DNA from: a bacterium
GTDB taxonomy: Bacteria > Armatimonadota > Zipacnadia > Zipacnadales > UBA11051
Reading direction: 5' to 3'
NCBI GenBank assembly: GCA_030604405.1
Contig: JAUVVY010000013.1
Coordinates: 3,267 to 67,266 of the forward strand
DNA length: 64,000 nucleotides
The translations under genes were made by a program, and so were the position numbers. A model generated the notes under the pieces. It was given only the letters and a program-made list of their open reading frames with translations, was not told the origin of the DNA and made no database searches. Of the stretch, positions 27,937 to 39,214 are shown piece after piece. Each line of letters begins with the position of its first letter. Position 1 is the first letter of the stretch.

Positions 27937-30381
27937 ATGAATGTAAAAGCGCTCGGCGTCATATTCGCTCTGTCCATCATCACACTCACATTCCAACACA
28001 GCCTTGCCCAGGGGCCGGAGCCGGGCGCGGGCATGGAGGTCGCTATGGCCAAAGCAGATTTCGATCCACTGATCGGCGGATGCGGGGGCGTTTACTTCCT
28101 CGCCGAGCCCGGGGAACTCGTCGTCGAGGTCGTCAAGCGCGACCGCAACGCCCGCAAGACAACATCGGAGTTGCGCGCAATCCTCGTCGGCCCCGACCGT
28201 GAGGTGCTTGACGAGCAGTTCATCCGCGATGACGGGCAGGAGGTCGGCAGCGGCCTCGGTCCCGCACAAACCGTCACCCTCCGCACCACCGCACAGCGCA
28301 GCGGCATCTATGCGCTCAATGTCACCGTATCGCAGGATCGCTATGGCGTGCAGATGGTCTGGGGCTTCCGCACTAATTGCCCCAGATACCTCATCGAGAC
28401 CGCGCGCGGCCACAAGGACCGGCGTCACGAGGAGCCAATCGTCCTGGAGAGCCCGGACGAGCCGGCAACGGTCTGCTTCCACCCGCGTCAGGGCGAATTC
28501 GGCATCCAACTGACCGGCCTGCCGGCAGATGCGCAGCCGCCGACGGTTCACAATGCCAATGGCGAGCAGCTCGGCGTCCTCACCATCGGCGAGCCGGGCA
28601 CCGCCACCTGGACTGCTCCCGCCGATATACACCGTGATGCCATCCCCTGGCAGCTCCGCCTGCCCGCGGGGAAGGCCATAATCAACATTGAGGGCGTCAC
28701 AATCTGGAGCGATGCCGAGCCCATCTACAATGCCTGCTACTGGTCGCCCGATCCGGATTCATGGTTCCCCTTCATCGAGAACCGCTGGCTGCTGACGCCC
28801 TACCAGCGGACCATCTACGCCGATGCCGGCGAGCAGGGCGAGATCAACCTGCGCGTGCACAACAATGCCCTGCAGGAGCGTGATTTCGGCCTCAGCGTGG
28901 AGTTCCCGGATGGCGAGTGGCCGGCGCAGGTCAGCCCGGCGGAGGTGACGTTGGGCGCGCGCGGCGCCTCACAGGTCACGGTCCGCTATACCGTGCCGGA
29001 GGGCGAGGGGCCGCACCGGGCCTACGTCCGTGTCACCCCGTCCGATACGCCGTCAGTCACCACCTGGTCGGCGCTGACGATCAAGCCCGGCGAGGCGCCC
29101 GCCACAGAGCCGCTGGAAATGCCGCTGCAGCTCAGAGCCTACGCGCATGAGAACAAGCAGTTCGGCTACCTGCCGGACTATCCGCTCGACTACCAGGTGT
29201 ACTTCTCTCCCGACAACCGGCCATACATGCGCGTCGGGCAGGGCGTCGCGACCATCCGGGATGGCGAGTGGGTCACAACGAGTATCAATGACGCGCTGAC
29301 GGCCCGGTCGGAGGCCTTTGAGGGTCAGGGTGTCAGTCTGGCCTCAACCAAGATCGCCTTCGATGCCGATGGCGGGCTCTACCTGCCGGCACGCTGCGCG
29401 GGCAAGAATGCGCTGGTCTACTCATCCGACGGCGGCAGCACATTTGAGGTGTATGAGATCCCCGGCGACCGCGGCGGTCTGGATATCGAGAACTTCTCCG
29501 GGCAGAACTTCGCTGAGGGCCCGCCGCCATTCGTCCGCTTCCGCCGCACGGCCAAGGACACCAAGCTGAAATGGCGCAGCCTCAACGATCTGGAACTGTT
29601 CGTGCCGAAGAAGGTCAATGGCCGCATCGCGATCGGGGAGCCGATCCCGATCACCAAGCTGTGCATCGGCCTGTCGGCGCACTCGGGTATTCCGTCATCA
29701 GTGGTCTCGAGGGGGTCGAAGGTCCATGTGGCCTGGGGAGAGGCCACGGATCCGGAGGAGAAGGTGCCGGGCGTGCCGACGTACTGCGTCACCTATGATG
29801 CAGAGAGCGGCGAACTGGGGACGCCGGCGCTTTTGGGCTACGGCCCGCCGGCGAATGATGGCCACAACTCACCGAGCATCACGATGGATGGTGATGGCTA
29901 CATCCATGTGCTGATCGGCACTCACGGGCGGCCGTTCCACCACTGCATGTCGCAGCAGCCGAATGACGCCGGTGGCGGCTGGACCGAGCCGCTGACGGCC
30001 GGGGAGCGGCTCAACCAGACGTATATTGGGATGGTATGCACGGCGGATGGCACATTGCATGTGGTGTATCGGCTATGGCGCTGGGGCGAGCCGTTTCCCA
30101 ACAGCAGCCATGCGACGCTGGCATATCAGCGCAAGCGGCCGGGGCAGGGCTGGGAGGAGCCGCGGATACTGGTGCGGGCGGCCTTTTCGGAATACAGTAT
30201 CTTCTACCATCGCCTCACCAGCGACCGGGCAGGCAGGCTGTTTCTCTCGTATGATTACTGGTCGACGCACTGGTTCTATCGGAATGACCATGTCGGAAAT
30301 CGCCGGGCGATGCTGATGTCGCCAGATGCGGGCGAGACGTGGAAGCTGGCGGAGACGAAGGATCTGGTACCTGGGCTGTAA
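27937..30381 (+). CDS. Secreted BNR-4 repeat-containing protein
   Basis: AAGGAG RBS; signal peptide; NDGHNSPSITMDGDGYIHVLIGTHG motif; Asp-boxes SSDGGSTF and SPDAGETW. Confidence 0.85.
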   Translation: MNVKALGVIFALSIITLTFQHSLAQGPEPGAGMEVAMAKADFDPLIGGCGGVYFLAEPGELVVEVVKRDRNARKTTSELRAILVGPDREVLDEQFIRDDGQEVGSGLGPAQTVTLRTTAQRSGIYALNVTVSQDRYGVQMVWGFRTNCPRYLIETARGHKDRRHEEPIVLESPDEPATVCFHPRQGEFGIQLTGLPADAQPPTVHNANGEQLGVLTIGEPGTATWTAPADIHRDAIPWQLRLPAGKAIINIEGVTIWSDAEPIYNACYWSPDPDSWFPFIENRWLLTPYQRTIYADAGEQGEINLRVHNNALQERDFGLSVEFPDGEWPAQVSPAEVTLGARGASQVTVRYTVPEGEGPHRAYVRVTPSDTPSVTTWSALTIKPGEAPATEPLEMPLQLRAYAHENKQFGYLPDYPLDYQVYFSPDNRPYMRVGQGVATIRDGEWVTTSINDALTARSEAFEGQGVSLASTKIAFDADGGLYLPARCAGKNALVYSSDGGSTFEVYEIPGDRGGLDIENFSGQNFAEGPPPFVRFRRTAKDTKLKWRSLNDLELFVPKKVNGRIAIGEPIPITKLCIGLSAHSGIPSSVVSRGSKVHVAWGEATDPEEKVPGVPTYCVTYDAESGELGTPALLGYGPPANDGHNSPSITMDGDGYIHVLIGTHGRPFHHCMSQQPNDAGGGWTEPLTAGERLNQTYIGMVCTADGTLHVVYRLWRWGEPFPNSSHATLAYQRKRPGQGWEEPRILVRAAFSEYSIFYHRLTSDRAGRLFLSYDYWSTHWFYRNDHVGNRRAMLMSPDAGETWKLAETKDLVPGL

Positions 30382-30524
30382 TGGCGGAACCTGCCCCTTG
30401 CGTGTGAGTGCTGATGGTTGCGCCGTGACGGTGACCGCCTCGCCGTTCCCGCATGCCCGAGGTTTCCGGGGGGCGTTGGATACACCGCCAGCCCCCTCAA
30501 GACCTAGAAAGGAAGGAGAATCCT

Positions 30525-31040
30525 ATGGCACCAGACACGATTGAGACGATCATGAAGCGCAGGAGTATCCGCAGCTACCGACCGGACGAGATCCCGGACG
30601 AGGACCTGCGGACGATTCTGGAAGCGGGCCGCCAGGCCCCGTCGGCGGGCAACCGTCAGCCCTGGCATTTTGTGGTGGTGAAAGACCCGGACCTGAAGCG
30701 AGAGGTGGCCGATGCGTGTCACGATCAGACGTGGATGGCAGAGGCGCATCTCATCATCGCCGCCGTCGGCTTGCCGGCGGCCAGCGAGGCCTGGTTCGCG
30801 GTGGATACCGCCATCGCCCTGCAGACTATCATTCTGGCGGCGCATAGCCTGGGCTACGGCACCTGCTGGATCGGTGCCTTCGACGAGGAGAAGGTCCAGG
30901 AGCTGCTGCGCCTTGCGCCGGACCTGAAGGTCATCTGCCTGACGCCGGTGGGCGTGCCAGCGGTGCAGCCGGAGGCGCGAGCCCGGAAGGAACTCAGCGA
31001 GGTGTTTTCGCTGGATGAATATGGCCAGCCGTTGACGTAA
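30525..31040 (+). CDS. Nitroreductase family protein
   Basis: RRSIRSY, APSAGNRQPW and LGYGTCWIG motifs; AAGGAG RBS. Confidence 0.93.
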   Translation: MAPDTIETIMKRRSIRSYRPDEIPDEDLRTILEAGRQAPSAGNRQPWHFVVVKDPDLKREVADACHDQTWMAEAHLIIAAVGLPAASEAWFAVDTAIALQTIILAAHSLGYGTCWIGAFDEEKVQELLRLAPDLKVICLTPVGVPAVQPEARARKELSEVFSLDEYGQPLT

Positions 31041-31071
31041 AGGTCAGGAGACATCGAAAAGGAGAACAACC

Positions 31072-31578
31072 ATGTCTCGACCCACGCTGTTGATTGTGTA
31101 CTACACGCAGAGCGGCAACACGGAGCGGATGGCGAGAGCTATCGCCGAGGGGGCCGAGGCCGGCGGCGTCGAGGCCCCGCTGAAGAGGGTCGAAGAGTGC
31201 GAACTGGAGGACCTGGTGCAGGCTGATGGCCTCGCCCTCGGCTCGCCTACCTACGTCAGCAACGTGGCCTGGCAGGTCAAGAAGCTGATTGACGAATCCA
31301 TTGAACTGTACCATGGCAAGCAACTGAAGGATAAAGTCGCCGGTCTCTTCACTTCGTCCGGCACGGAACGCGACGCCAAAGACTGTATGAGGATGATGGA
31401 GATCGCATTGGGGTTCCACCTCGAGATGAGCCTGGTTCAGCCCGGCCTCATCTGCCTCAACGGTCAGCCCGAGGAGAAGACTGGGGACCAGTGTCAGGAG
31501 TATGGCAGGCGGCTGGCCCGCGAGTTGTTCGCTCGCCGGCGACTGGCGGAGAAGAGCAACGAAGACACGGAGGACTAA
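31072..31578 (+). CDS. Flavodoxin / WrbA-like NAD(P)H-dependent oxidoreductase
   Basis: YYTQSGNTERMA FMN-binding loop; GSPTY motif. Confidence 0.9.
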   Translation: MSRPTLLIVYYTQSGNTERMARAIAEGAEAGGVEAPLKRVEECELEDLVQADGLALGSPTYVSNVAWQVKKLIDESIELYHGKQLKDKVAGLFTSSGTERDAKDCMRMMEIALGFHLEMSLVQPGLICLNGQPEEKTGDQCQEYGRRLARELFARRRLAEKSNEDTED

Positions 31579-31800
31579 GGCGGCCGGGAGTATTCTCTAT
31601 TGCGGTCAGCCCGGGCCAGAGAACAGCGCGGCAGTTATCGAACCCGCCCACAGCAACAACGTCTCTGACCTGGAGGTTAGGGAGATACTGGCCAAGCTAC
31701 GACCAAGACAAGGCACGCCAGATTGTGCCACTGCTGCGGGACAGGCGTCCTGAGACATGCGGTAAGATTGCCTAGCCCGAATCAACAGGAGGCGTTGGAC

Positions 31801-32319
31801 ATGGACGTGTACGAAGCCATTCAGACACGCCAGAGTATCAGGCGTTACCGGCCCGAGCCGGTGCCAGATGACGTGCTCAACAGGGTGCTCGATGCCACGA
31901 GACTTGCGCCATCAGCGGGGAATCTACAGCCGTGGCGGTTCATCGTTGTGAAGGATGCCGCAGTACGTGAGCAGTTGGCCAAGGCAACAGACAGGCAGGG
32001 GTTTATCGCTCATGCCCCGATAATCATCGTCGCCTGCGGCTGGAAGGAGCGGGCGTATTCCAAGATGGGCGGCTACTGGAACAGCCTCGCGGTGGACCTG
32101 GCTATCGCGTTCGACCACTTGACACTTGCGGCGGCCGCAGAGGGACTGGGAACCTGCTGGATCGGTTCGTTCCTTGAGGAAGAAGTGCGGCGTGTGTTGG
32201 GCATCCCTGAGGAGGTGACGGTGATCGCCCTGACGCCGATGGGTTATCACGATGTGTCGCCGACGGAGAAGACGCGCAAGGACCTGACGGAGATCGTGTG
32301 CTATGAGCGATGGGGCTGA
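31801..32319 (+). CDS. Nitroreductase family protein (second copy)
   Basis: RQSIRRY, APSAGNLQPW and EGLGTCWIG motifs; AGGAGG RBS. Confidence 0.93.
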   Translation: MDVYEAIQTRQSIRRYRPEPVPDDVLNRVLDATRLAPSAGNLQPWRFIVVKDAAVREQLAKATDRQGFIAHAPIIIVACGWKERAYSKMGGYWNSLAVDLAIAFDHLTLAAAAEGLGTCWIGSFLEEEVRRVLGIPEEVTVIALTPMGYHDVSPTEKTRKDLTEIVCYERWG

Positions 32320-32373
32320 TGGGGCAGGCTGGGCGCGGACGGTGGCAGTTACTGATCAGGAGACTTTGAACTG

Positions 32374-33345
32374 ATGAAATCAATGAAGGCAGTACGAATC
32401 CACAAATACGGCGGGCCGGACGTACTCACCTACGAAGATGCGCCACGGCCTGAACCAAAGGAAGACGAGTTATTGATTCGCGTTCACGCAGCCGGGGTCA
32501 ATCCCGCTGACTGGCAGATACGCTTCGGTAGGCGTTTTGTGCTAGAAGAACCATTCTCGCTGATACTAGGTTTCGATGTGTCGGGAATTGTTGAAGCGGT
32601 AGGTAGCAGCGTCGCTGATTTCAAGACGGGTGACGCAGTTTACGGTATGATGCCTATCCTACAGGGGGGCGCTTATGCAGAGTACGTCACCAGCCCTGCT
32701 ACGGGCGTTGCGCACAAACCCTCCTGCCTCGATCACATTCAAGCAGCGGCCATGCCGGTGGTCTCCCTCACCGCCTGGCAGGCTCTCTTTGAAGCGGGGG
32801 AATTGTCAGCCGGGCAAAGAGTACTTATCCACGCTGCAGCCGGGGGCGTTGGTCACATCGCGGTACAGCTTGCGAAGTGGAAGGGAGCCCACGTAATCGG
32901 CACAGCATCCGCCCGCAACGAGGATTTCCTGCGCGAAATCGGCTGCGATGAGATTACAGACTACACAACGACCCGGTTCGAGGATGTTGTTGCAGATGTT
33001 GACATGGTCTTGGATAGCGTTGTTCGGGATGTCAGTGCGGCCACAGATGCCGTCGCTGGAGAGACTCTGCAGCGTTCCTGGGGCGTGCTGAAGAAGAACG
33101 GTATTCTCGTCTCGATTTGCGCCACACCGTCATCTGAGACCGCTGCGGCCTATGGCGTCCGGTGCAAGCAAATCCTGGCAGACCCGAATGGGGCACAACT
33201 TGCCGAGATTGCCAAGTTGGTTGATGCCGGCCATGTGAAGCCCACCATCAACACCGTACTACCCCTCAAGCAGGCAGCCAAAGCACACGAACTCAGTCAG
33301 GGAGGTCATACGCGAGGGAAGATTGTCCTGCAGGTAGCGGAATGA
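32374..33345 (+). CDS. NADP-dependent oxidoreductase (MDR/quinone reductase family)
   Basis: [23 protein letters not shown] and GHTRGKIVL motifs. Confidence 0.92.
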   Translation: MKSMKAVRIHKYGGPDVLTYEDAPRPEPKEDELLIRVHAAGVNPADWQIRFGRRFVLEEPFSLILGFDVSGIVEAVGSSVADFKTGDAVYGMMPILQGGAYAEYVTSPATGVAHKPSCLDHIQAAAMPVVSLTAWQALFEAGELSAGQRVLIHAAAGGVGHIAVQLAKWKGAHVIGTASARNEDFLREIGCDEITDYTTTRFEDVVADVDMVLDSVVRDVSAATDAVAGETLQRSWGVLKKNGILVSICATPSSETAAAYGVRCKQILADPNGAQLAEIAKLVDAGHVKPTINTVLPLKQAAKAHELSQGGHTRGKIVLQVAE

Positions 33346-33504
33346 CACACTCTGACCATCGGAAATGCTCAAAGCTTGGGAGGCGTTTCTACAATGGTTC
33401 GCGCTACCAGAAGTGATGTGAGACTGAGAGATGCAAACAGGCCACTGTGGGCCGCATCGTGCCCAGGCCTGGCCTGGTAAACGCGAATGCAGGAGGGGCA
33501 AGCT

Positions 33505-34668
33505 ATGGCGGAGAAGGTTACCATCGAAGTCGCAGCTCCCGAACGGCTGGCCGGAATGAGCATCACGGGCGAGCGCATTAAGGTAGGCACGCCGGGGGAC
33601 TACAAGCCGTGCGTGGCCAAGCTCCCGAGCGGCGAACTGGTGCTGACGGCGTTCTTCCCCGGCGCATTCTGGGCGGGACCCAAATACAGATCGCGTGAGG
33701 ACATCCTGCTCTTTCGCTCAGACGACGGCGGGGAGACCTGGTCGGACCCCGAAAATCTGACCGTGGACAAAGGCCTGCGCGGCCGCGAGCCCTACTTCAC
33801 GATTTTGTCGGACGGTGCCATTCTGATAACCGTGCACTTCCTCGCCGATGACGCACGAAACACAAGCGGCTACACGCAGAGCTACGTCCATCGGTCGGGG
33901 GACGGGGGGAAGACCTGGACCACCGTGCAGACGCAGCCCGAGGGGTGCAAGGCGGGAGATTGCACCTGTACCACACGCAATATCCTCGAGCACCACGACG
34001 GTTCGCTCATGCTCGGTGTTGCGGCCAGAGGTACCAAAGGCTCCTGGATCTGGCGCAGCTTCGACAGGGGCAAGACGTGGAGCGAGAAACATCAGACCAG
34101 GGTCGAAGGGCTTGACGAAACGTACCCTTACACTGCCTACGGTGAAGGTTTCTGGTGGCAGGCGCGGTCGGGAAAGATATATCTGGTGAAGCGCGTTGAC
34201 CACGTTTACGCCGCAAAGCATTTCGGCGACGACCTGTCGCAACTGGACACGGAGCCCTACAGCGACCAGTACAACCGCATGGTGCTGTTCGAAGCCACCG
34301 ATCAGGCCCGCAGCCTTCGCCTCGTGGGCGCGGTTGGGGGTCTGGGGCTTATGTACCCGGCCATTATCCGCCTTGAGGACGGGCGGCTGCTGTTGACCTT
34401 CACGGTGCGCGCGCTGAAGGAGCCGCTCGGCGTGCGCGCAGTCCTCGGCGAAGAATGTGACGACGGACTCAGCTTCGATCTCGATCACGATCGCCTAATG
34501 CTCGACACGCAGACCGCGCCTGGAGTCAGCAGCGGGGGCGGCTTCGGCCCTACGGTCCAGTTGGACGACGGCACGCTCGTAACCAGCTACTCGTGGCGTG
34601 ACGCCGAGCATGTCACGCACATAGAGGTCATCCGCTGGCGCCTGCCTGTGGACTTATCTGCCAGATGA
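33505..34668 (+). CDS. BNR/Asp-box sialidase-family protein
   Basis: AGGAGG RBS; SDDGGETW, SGDGGKTW and SFDRGKTW Asp-boxes; MYPAIIRLEDGRLLLTF. Confidence 0.85.
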   Translation: MAEKVTIEVAAPERLAGMSITGERIKVGTPGDYKPCVAKLPSGELVLTAFFPGAFWAGPKYRSREDILLFRSDDGGETWSDPENLTVDKGLRGREPYFTILSDGAILITVHFLADDARNTSGYTQSYVHRSGDGGKTWTTVQTQPEGCKAGDCTCTTRNILEHHDGSLMLGVAARGTKGSWIWRSFDRGKTWSEKHQTRVEGLDETYPYTAYGEGFWWQARSGKIYLVKRVDHVYAAKHFGDDLSQLDTEPYSDQYNRMVLFEATDQARSLRLVGAVGGLGLMYPAIIRLEDGRLLLTFTVRALKEPLGVRAVLGEECDDGLSFDLDHDRLMLDTQTAPGVSSGGGFGPTVQLDDGTLVTSYSWRDAEHVTHIEVIRWRLPVDLSAR

Positions 34669-34680
34669 GGAGAATGAGAG

Positions 34681-36687
34681 ATGACTACCTACGCAAAGAC
34701 ATTGCTGTTGCTGTTGTGCTTGCCACTAGCTGCGGGGGCCCAGTACTCGCGGCCTGACCACGAGCCTGCGCCAGCCGATCTCGGCCAGACGTGGATCGAG
34801 ATCGAGGGTGAGGTCTATGGTGCCAGGCCGAACGAGCTGGGGCCGATCGGCGGAGGTAGTGGCTATCAGCGGATCCTCACCGATGGGGACTACCGCGTTG
34901 CCACGGTGGATGAACTGATTGAGGCCCTTAAGAAGGCGCAACCGGGCGAGGTGGTGTATGTCGAGCCGGATGCCGATATTGACTGCGCGACGCTGGTGTT
35001 TGCAGAGAAGCTGGTACTGGAGATACCCGAAGGGGTTACACTTGCCAGCAACCGCGGGCACGAGGGCTCAAGAGGCGCCATGATCTACAGCGACGCCTTT
35101 GCCACCAGGCCTCTGATAAGGACCCTGGGGCCGAACGTGCGGATCACCGGGCTGTGGATTCGCGGGCCGGACCCCAAGCGCAGAACCGAGCATGCCGGGC
35201 GTTCCTTCAGAGCCGACCGCGGGGACAGCAAGGTTCAGCACGAGTACTACTACAGGTTCCCGGTCTCCGAGGGCATCTACAGCAAGTTCTCCGGCCTGGA
35301 AGTGGACAACTGCGAAGTGTCCGGCTGGAGCCACGCAGGCGTCCACCTCTGGGACGGACACGACCACCAGATTCATCACAACTACATCCACCACAACCAG
35401 ATGAACGGTCTCGGCTACGGTGTGTGCCACGGCTACGGCGAGGAAGCTGTCTCCCTCATCGAGTACAACCTCTTCGACTACAATCGCCACTCCATCGCGG
35501 GCACCGGCAAGCCCGGCAATGCCTACGAGGCAGCCAACAACGTGGAGCTGGGCGTCTCGCTCAGCCACAACTTCGACATGCACGGCGGAGGCGACCGCCG
35601 CGACGGCACCAACATCGCCGGTCACTGGATGAAGATTCATCACAACACCTTCCGCGGCACGGGAGTGGCCGCAATTGTCATCCGCGGAGTGCCTCGTGAG
35701 CAGGCAGAGATCTACAACAACTGGCTCTACCACACCGGCCCTGCCAAGCATGTGCTCAGGCCCTGGCCGACGGGCGGCGATACCCACGTTCAGTCCCACA
35801 ACAACGCCTATGGCCGCCAGCAACCCCTGATCTGGGATGCTGAGTATCAGGCCGATCAGTATCAGCAGGCCCTTGATGCCGGGATCGCAATATACGGGGC
35901 AGGCAACTACGCGCAGGCAAGGGTGCATTTTGTCCAGGCGCTGACCCTCGCAGCCGACGCCGCCGAGCGCTCCAGAGCGCAGTTGCATATCGCACACTGC
36001 TACTTCGAGCAGGGCCTCTTTGGCGTCGCCCAGACTCAATACGACACCGTCCTGCACACGCGGGGGGCTCTCCTGGATGACAGACTCGCTGCGCGAAAGC
36101 GCATCAAACAGATAGGACAGGTGGCGCCCGCCAAGTCCACGCGCCAATGGACCCTCGTTTTCAGTGACGATTTCGAGCGTGACGAGCTCGGCGAGAACTG
36201 GAAGGTGATTCATGGCGACTGGCGCATTGACGCCGGCAAGCTCGTCTGCGGCAACGGCTACTCGGAAATCGTCATCACCAAGACCTTCCCCGGCTGCCAG
36301 CGGATCGAGTTAGAGGCCATGACCCGCGCCGACAGGCCGTGTGACTTCAGCCCGGTTATCCACAGCAACGGCAAAGGCTGCAGAGGCTCGGAGGGCGGCT
36401 ACCTGCTGCAATTCGGCGGCTCCGGAAATACACTGAATCGCATCCTGTGCAGCAATGAACCGCTCGAAGAGAGAAGCGCCGACCGCTTCATCGAACCCGG
36501 GAAAGTCCATAACGTCGTCGCCGAGCTTGATGGCGATACAGTCCGGCTTACAGTGGATGGCAGCACCATTGTTGAGGGCCACGACAGTGCCCCCCTGTTG
36601 GGCGAGGGTCACGAAATGGCAGGACTCTACATGTACCGTGAGACCATGGTGGACCATCTCAGGATCTATACCTCCGAGCCCCAGTAG
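34681..36687 (+). CDS. Secreted right-handed beta-helix + TPR + DUF1080/LamG-like protein (paralogue A)
   Basis: Signal peptide; VDNCEVSGW, IHHNYIHHN, IEYNLFDYNRHSIAG and HNFDMHGG beta-helix motifs; TPR helices; FSDDFER..GDWRI C-terminal beta-sandwich. Confidence 0.8.
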   Translation: MTTYAKTLLLLLCLPLAAGAQYSRPDHEPAPADLGQTWIEIEGEVYGARPNELGPIGGGSGYQRILTDGDYRVATVDELIEALKKAQPGEVVYVEPDADIDCATLVFAEKLVLEIPEGVTLASNRGHEGSRGAMIYSDAFATRPLIRTLGPNVRITGLWIRGPDPKRRTEHAGRSFRADRGDSKVQHEYYYRFPVSEGIYSKFSGLEVDNCEVSGWSHAGVHLWDGHDHQIHHNYIHHNQMNGLGYGVCHGYGEEAVSLIEYNLFDYNRHSIAGTGKPGNAYEAANNVELGVSLSHNFDMHGGGDRRDGTNIAGHWMKIHHNTFRGTGVAAIVIRGVPREQAEIYNNWLYHTGPAKHVLRPWPTGGDTHVQSHNNAYGRQQPLIWDAEYQADQYQQALDAGIAIYGAGNYAQARVHFVQALTLAADAAERSRAQLHIAHCYFEQGLFGVAQTQYDTVLHTRGALLDDRLAARKRIKQIGQVAPAKSTRQWTLVFSDDFERDELGENWKVIHGDWRIDAGKLVCGNGYSEIVITKTFPGCQRIELEAMTRADRPCDFSPVIHSNGKGCRGSEGGYLLQFGGSGNTLNRILCSNEPLEERSADRFIEPGKVHNVVAELDGDTVRLTVDGSTIVEGHDSAPLLGEGHEMAGLYMYRETMVDHLRIYTSEPQ

Positions 36688-37033
36688 CCGTCCAACCGGT
36701 CTGCCTCGACCTCCTGCTGCCGCAGGATGTCGGCTTCGTCAGGCGGACAGTCTATTTTCATCAACGATCTGCCGATGGATACCAGTGCTCATGCTATTGC
36801 TTCCGCCGGTTCGCGGCATTTTTCGCTGGCCATCCAGTTGCGAAGACTGTCCAATAGGGGGAGCCACCAGGATTCCGAGCTGTCCTTTGGGAATCGAGGG
36901 ACGGCTCTTGTATTTCAAGCGCACGAGTCATTCTGGGGAAGGAAAAGCACTCGCGGAAGGCGAAATCTACTAGGAACTGTAATCCTCGGTTGGGTACGAT
37001 GGGAAATCTCGCAAGAGAAGGAGGGAACCATCT

Positions 37034-38083
37034 GTGAGAACGTGTACTTCGGTGTTTGCATTGCTGTGTCTTGCCTTATGCTTACACGCGGCTGGCGCGC
37101 AGGAGAGCGAGGGCCGAATCGCGTTCTATTCGAACCGGGGGGGCAACGATGAGATCTACGTCATGAACGCCGATGGATCGGGCGTGACCAATCTCACCAA
37201 CAGCCCCGCGAGGGAGGTGGAGCCGGTCTGGTCGCCTGACGGGAGCAAGATCGCCTTCCGGTCGTACCGTGGCGGCGCCTGGGATATCTACGTAACGAAC
37301 GCCGATGGGTCAGGCCTGCTCAACGTAACCAACCATCCCTCGGTTGACACCTGGCTGGCGTGGTCACCGGACGGCACCCAGATCGCCTTCAGGTCGGACC
37401 GCGATGGCAACTGGGAGATCTGCGTGGTGAATGCGGACGGGTCGGGCCTGCGCAACGTCACCAACAACCCCACATCGGATCGCTGGATAGCGTGGTCGCC
37501 GGACGGGAGCGAGATCGCCTTCGTGTCCTGGCGCGGCGGCCCCGACCAGGTTTACTTAGTTAACGTCGATGGCTCGAGTCAGTGCCAACTCACGAAGAAC
37601 CCCGGCGAGGTCCAGACAGCCACGTTTAGCTGGCTGGCGTGGTCGCCGGATGGGAGCAGCATCGCGCTTTTGGCAGGCGACCTCGACGCCGTGTACACTA
37701 ACATCGCCATCGTTGACGTCGAGACGGGAGAACTGCAACTCCTTACCTCGGGCCCGAACAGGCATGGCCGGCCCAGATGGTCGCCGCACGGCACCCAGAT
37801 CGCCTACGACTGCAAGCGCGAGGGCAACCGCGACATCTACGTGATGACCGAGGACGCACTGTTACCGGGAGTGTGGAGCGTCCGGCGGCTCACGCACGTC
37901 CCTGAGTATGACACGTTCCCGGTATGGTCGCCCGACGGGAGCAAGATTGCCTTCCAGTCGAACCGCGACGGCAACTGGGAGGTTTACGTGATCAACGCGG
38001 ACGGCTCGGGCCTGCGCAACCTCACGAACAACCCGGCCGAGGACTGGGGCGCCGCGTGGCGTCCGGCTCAGGGGCCGCCCTGA
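37034..38083 (+). CDS. Secreted TolB-like PD40 beta-propeller (paralogue B)
   Basis: GTG start with AAGGAGG RBS; repeated WSPDG..IAF.S.RDGNWEIY motifs. Confidence 0.9.
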   Translation: MRTCTSVFALLCLALCLHAAGAQESEGRIAFYSNRGGNDEIYVMNADGSGVTNLTNSPAREVEPVWSPDGSKIAFRSYRGGAWDIYVTNADGSGLLNVTNHPSVDTWLAWSPDGTQIAFRSDRDGNWEICVVNADGSGLRNVTNNPTSDRWIAWSPDGSEIAFVSWRGGPDQVYLVNVDGSSQCQLTKNPGEVQTATFSWLAWSPDGSSIALLAGDLDAVYTNIAIVDVETGELQLLTSGPNRHGRPRWSPHGTQIAYDCKREGNRDIYVMTEDALLPGVWSVRRLTHVPEYDTFPVWSPDGSKIAFQSNRDGNWEVYVINADGSGLRNLTNNPAEDWGAAWRPAQGPP

Positions 38084-38161
38084 ACTGGCCGTCAGCGTTA
38101 GGCTGCTGCCCTGCCCGGTGGATGGTACTATTAGAATGTGCGCACAAGGAGGGAAACATCC

Positions 38162-39214
38162 ATGAGAACGTGCATTTGGATGGTTGTGTTAGTGTGTCTT
38201 GCCTTATGCTTACACGCGGCTGGCGCGCAGGAGGGCGAGGGCCGAATCGCGTTCTACTCGAACCGGGACGGCAACGTCGAAATCCACGCCATGAACGCCG
38301 ATGGGTCGGATATGATCAACCTCACCAACACCCCCGCCAGGGACCTGGAGCCCGTCTGGTCGCCCGACGGGAGCAAGATCGCCTTCCGGTCGTACCATGG
38401 CGGCGCCTGGGATATCTACGTGATGAACGCGGATGGATCGGAGCTGCGCAACCTCTCGAACAATCCCTCGGTTGACAAGTTGCCCGCGTGGTCGCCGGAC
38501 GGCAGCCAGATCGCCTTCAGGTCGAACCGTGACCGCAACTGGGAGATCTACGTGGTCAACGTGGATGCGTCCGATCTGCGCAACGTGACGAACAACCCGC
38601 ACGCGGACCGGCGGCCTGCCTGGTCGCCGGACGGCAGCCAGATCGCCTTCACGTCCTCGCGGGGTGCCCCCGCCGCCCAGCTTTACCTGGTCAACGCCGA
38701 TGGCTCGGGCGAGCGGCAGCTCACGAATAACCCCGGTACAGTGGACGAACTACGCACAGTCTCACTCACATGCCCGGCGTGGTCGCCGGATGGGAGCAAG
38801 ATCGCGCTGCTGGCAGGCGACCTCGATGGCGTGTACACCAACATCGCCTCGGTAAGCGTGGCCACGGGGGAACTGAAGCTCCTTACGTCGGGCGTGGATA
38901 GGCATGGGCGCCCCAGATGGTCGCCGGACGGCAGGCAGATCGTCTTCGACTGCGAGCGCGAGGACAACTCGGACATCTACGTGATGATCGAGGCGACAGA
39001 CCAGCCGGGCGCGTGGACCGTGCGCCGGCTTACGGACGATCTCAAGTTGGACTGGTTCCCGGTGTGGTCGCCGGACGGGCGCAAGATCGCCTTCCAGTCG
39101 AAGCGGGACGGCAACTGGGAGGTCTATGTGATCAACGCGGATGGCTCGGGCCTGAGCAATCTGACTAACGACGCGGCCGACGACCACGGCGTGACGTGGG
39201 GGCCCGATCAGTAG
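38162..39214 (+). CDS. Secreted TolB-like PD40 beta-propeller (paralogue B')
   Basis: AAGGAGG RBS; collinear with and highly similar to 37034..38083. Confidence 0.9.
   Translation: MRTCIWMVVLVCLALCLHAAGAQEGEGRIAFYSNRDGNVEIHAMNADGSDMINLTNTPARDLEPVWSPDGSKIAFRSYHGGAWDIYVMNADGSELRNLSNNPSVDKLPAWSPDGSQIAFRSNRDRNWEIYVVNVDASDLRNVTNNPHADRRPAWSPDGSQIAFTSSRGAPAAQLYLVNADGSGERQLTNNPGTVDELRTVSLTCPAWSPDGSKIALLAGDLDGVYTNIASVSVATGELKLLTSGVDRHGRPRWSPDGRQIVFDCEREDNSDIYVMIEATDQPGAWTVRRLTDDLKLDWFPVWSPDGRKIAFQSKRDGNWEVYVINADGSGLSNLTNDAADDHGVTWGPDQ

Noticed and set aside
31580..31790. Small ORF or remnant between flavodoxin and the second nitroreductase
   Set aside because: Short, no start or RBS, and no recognisable motif.
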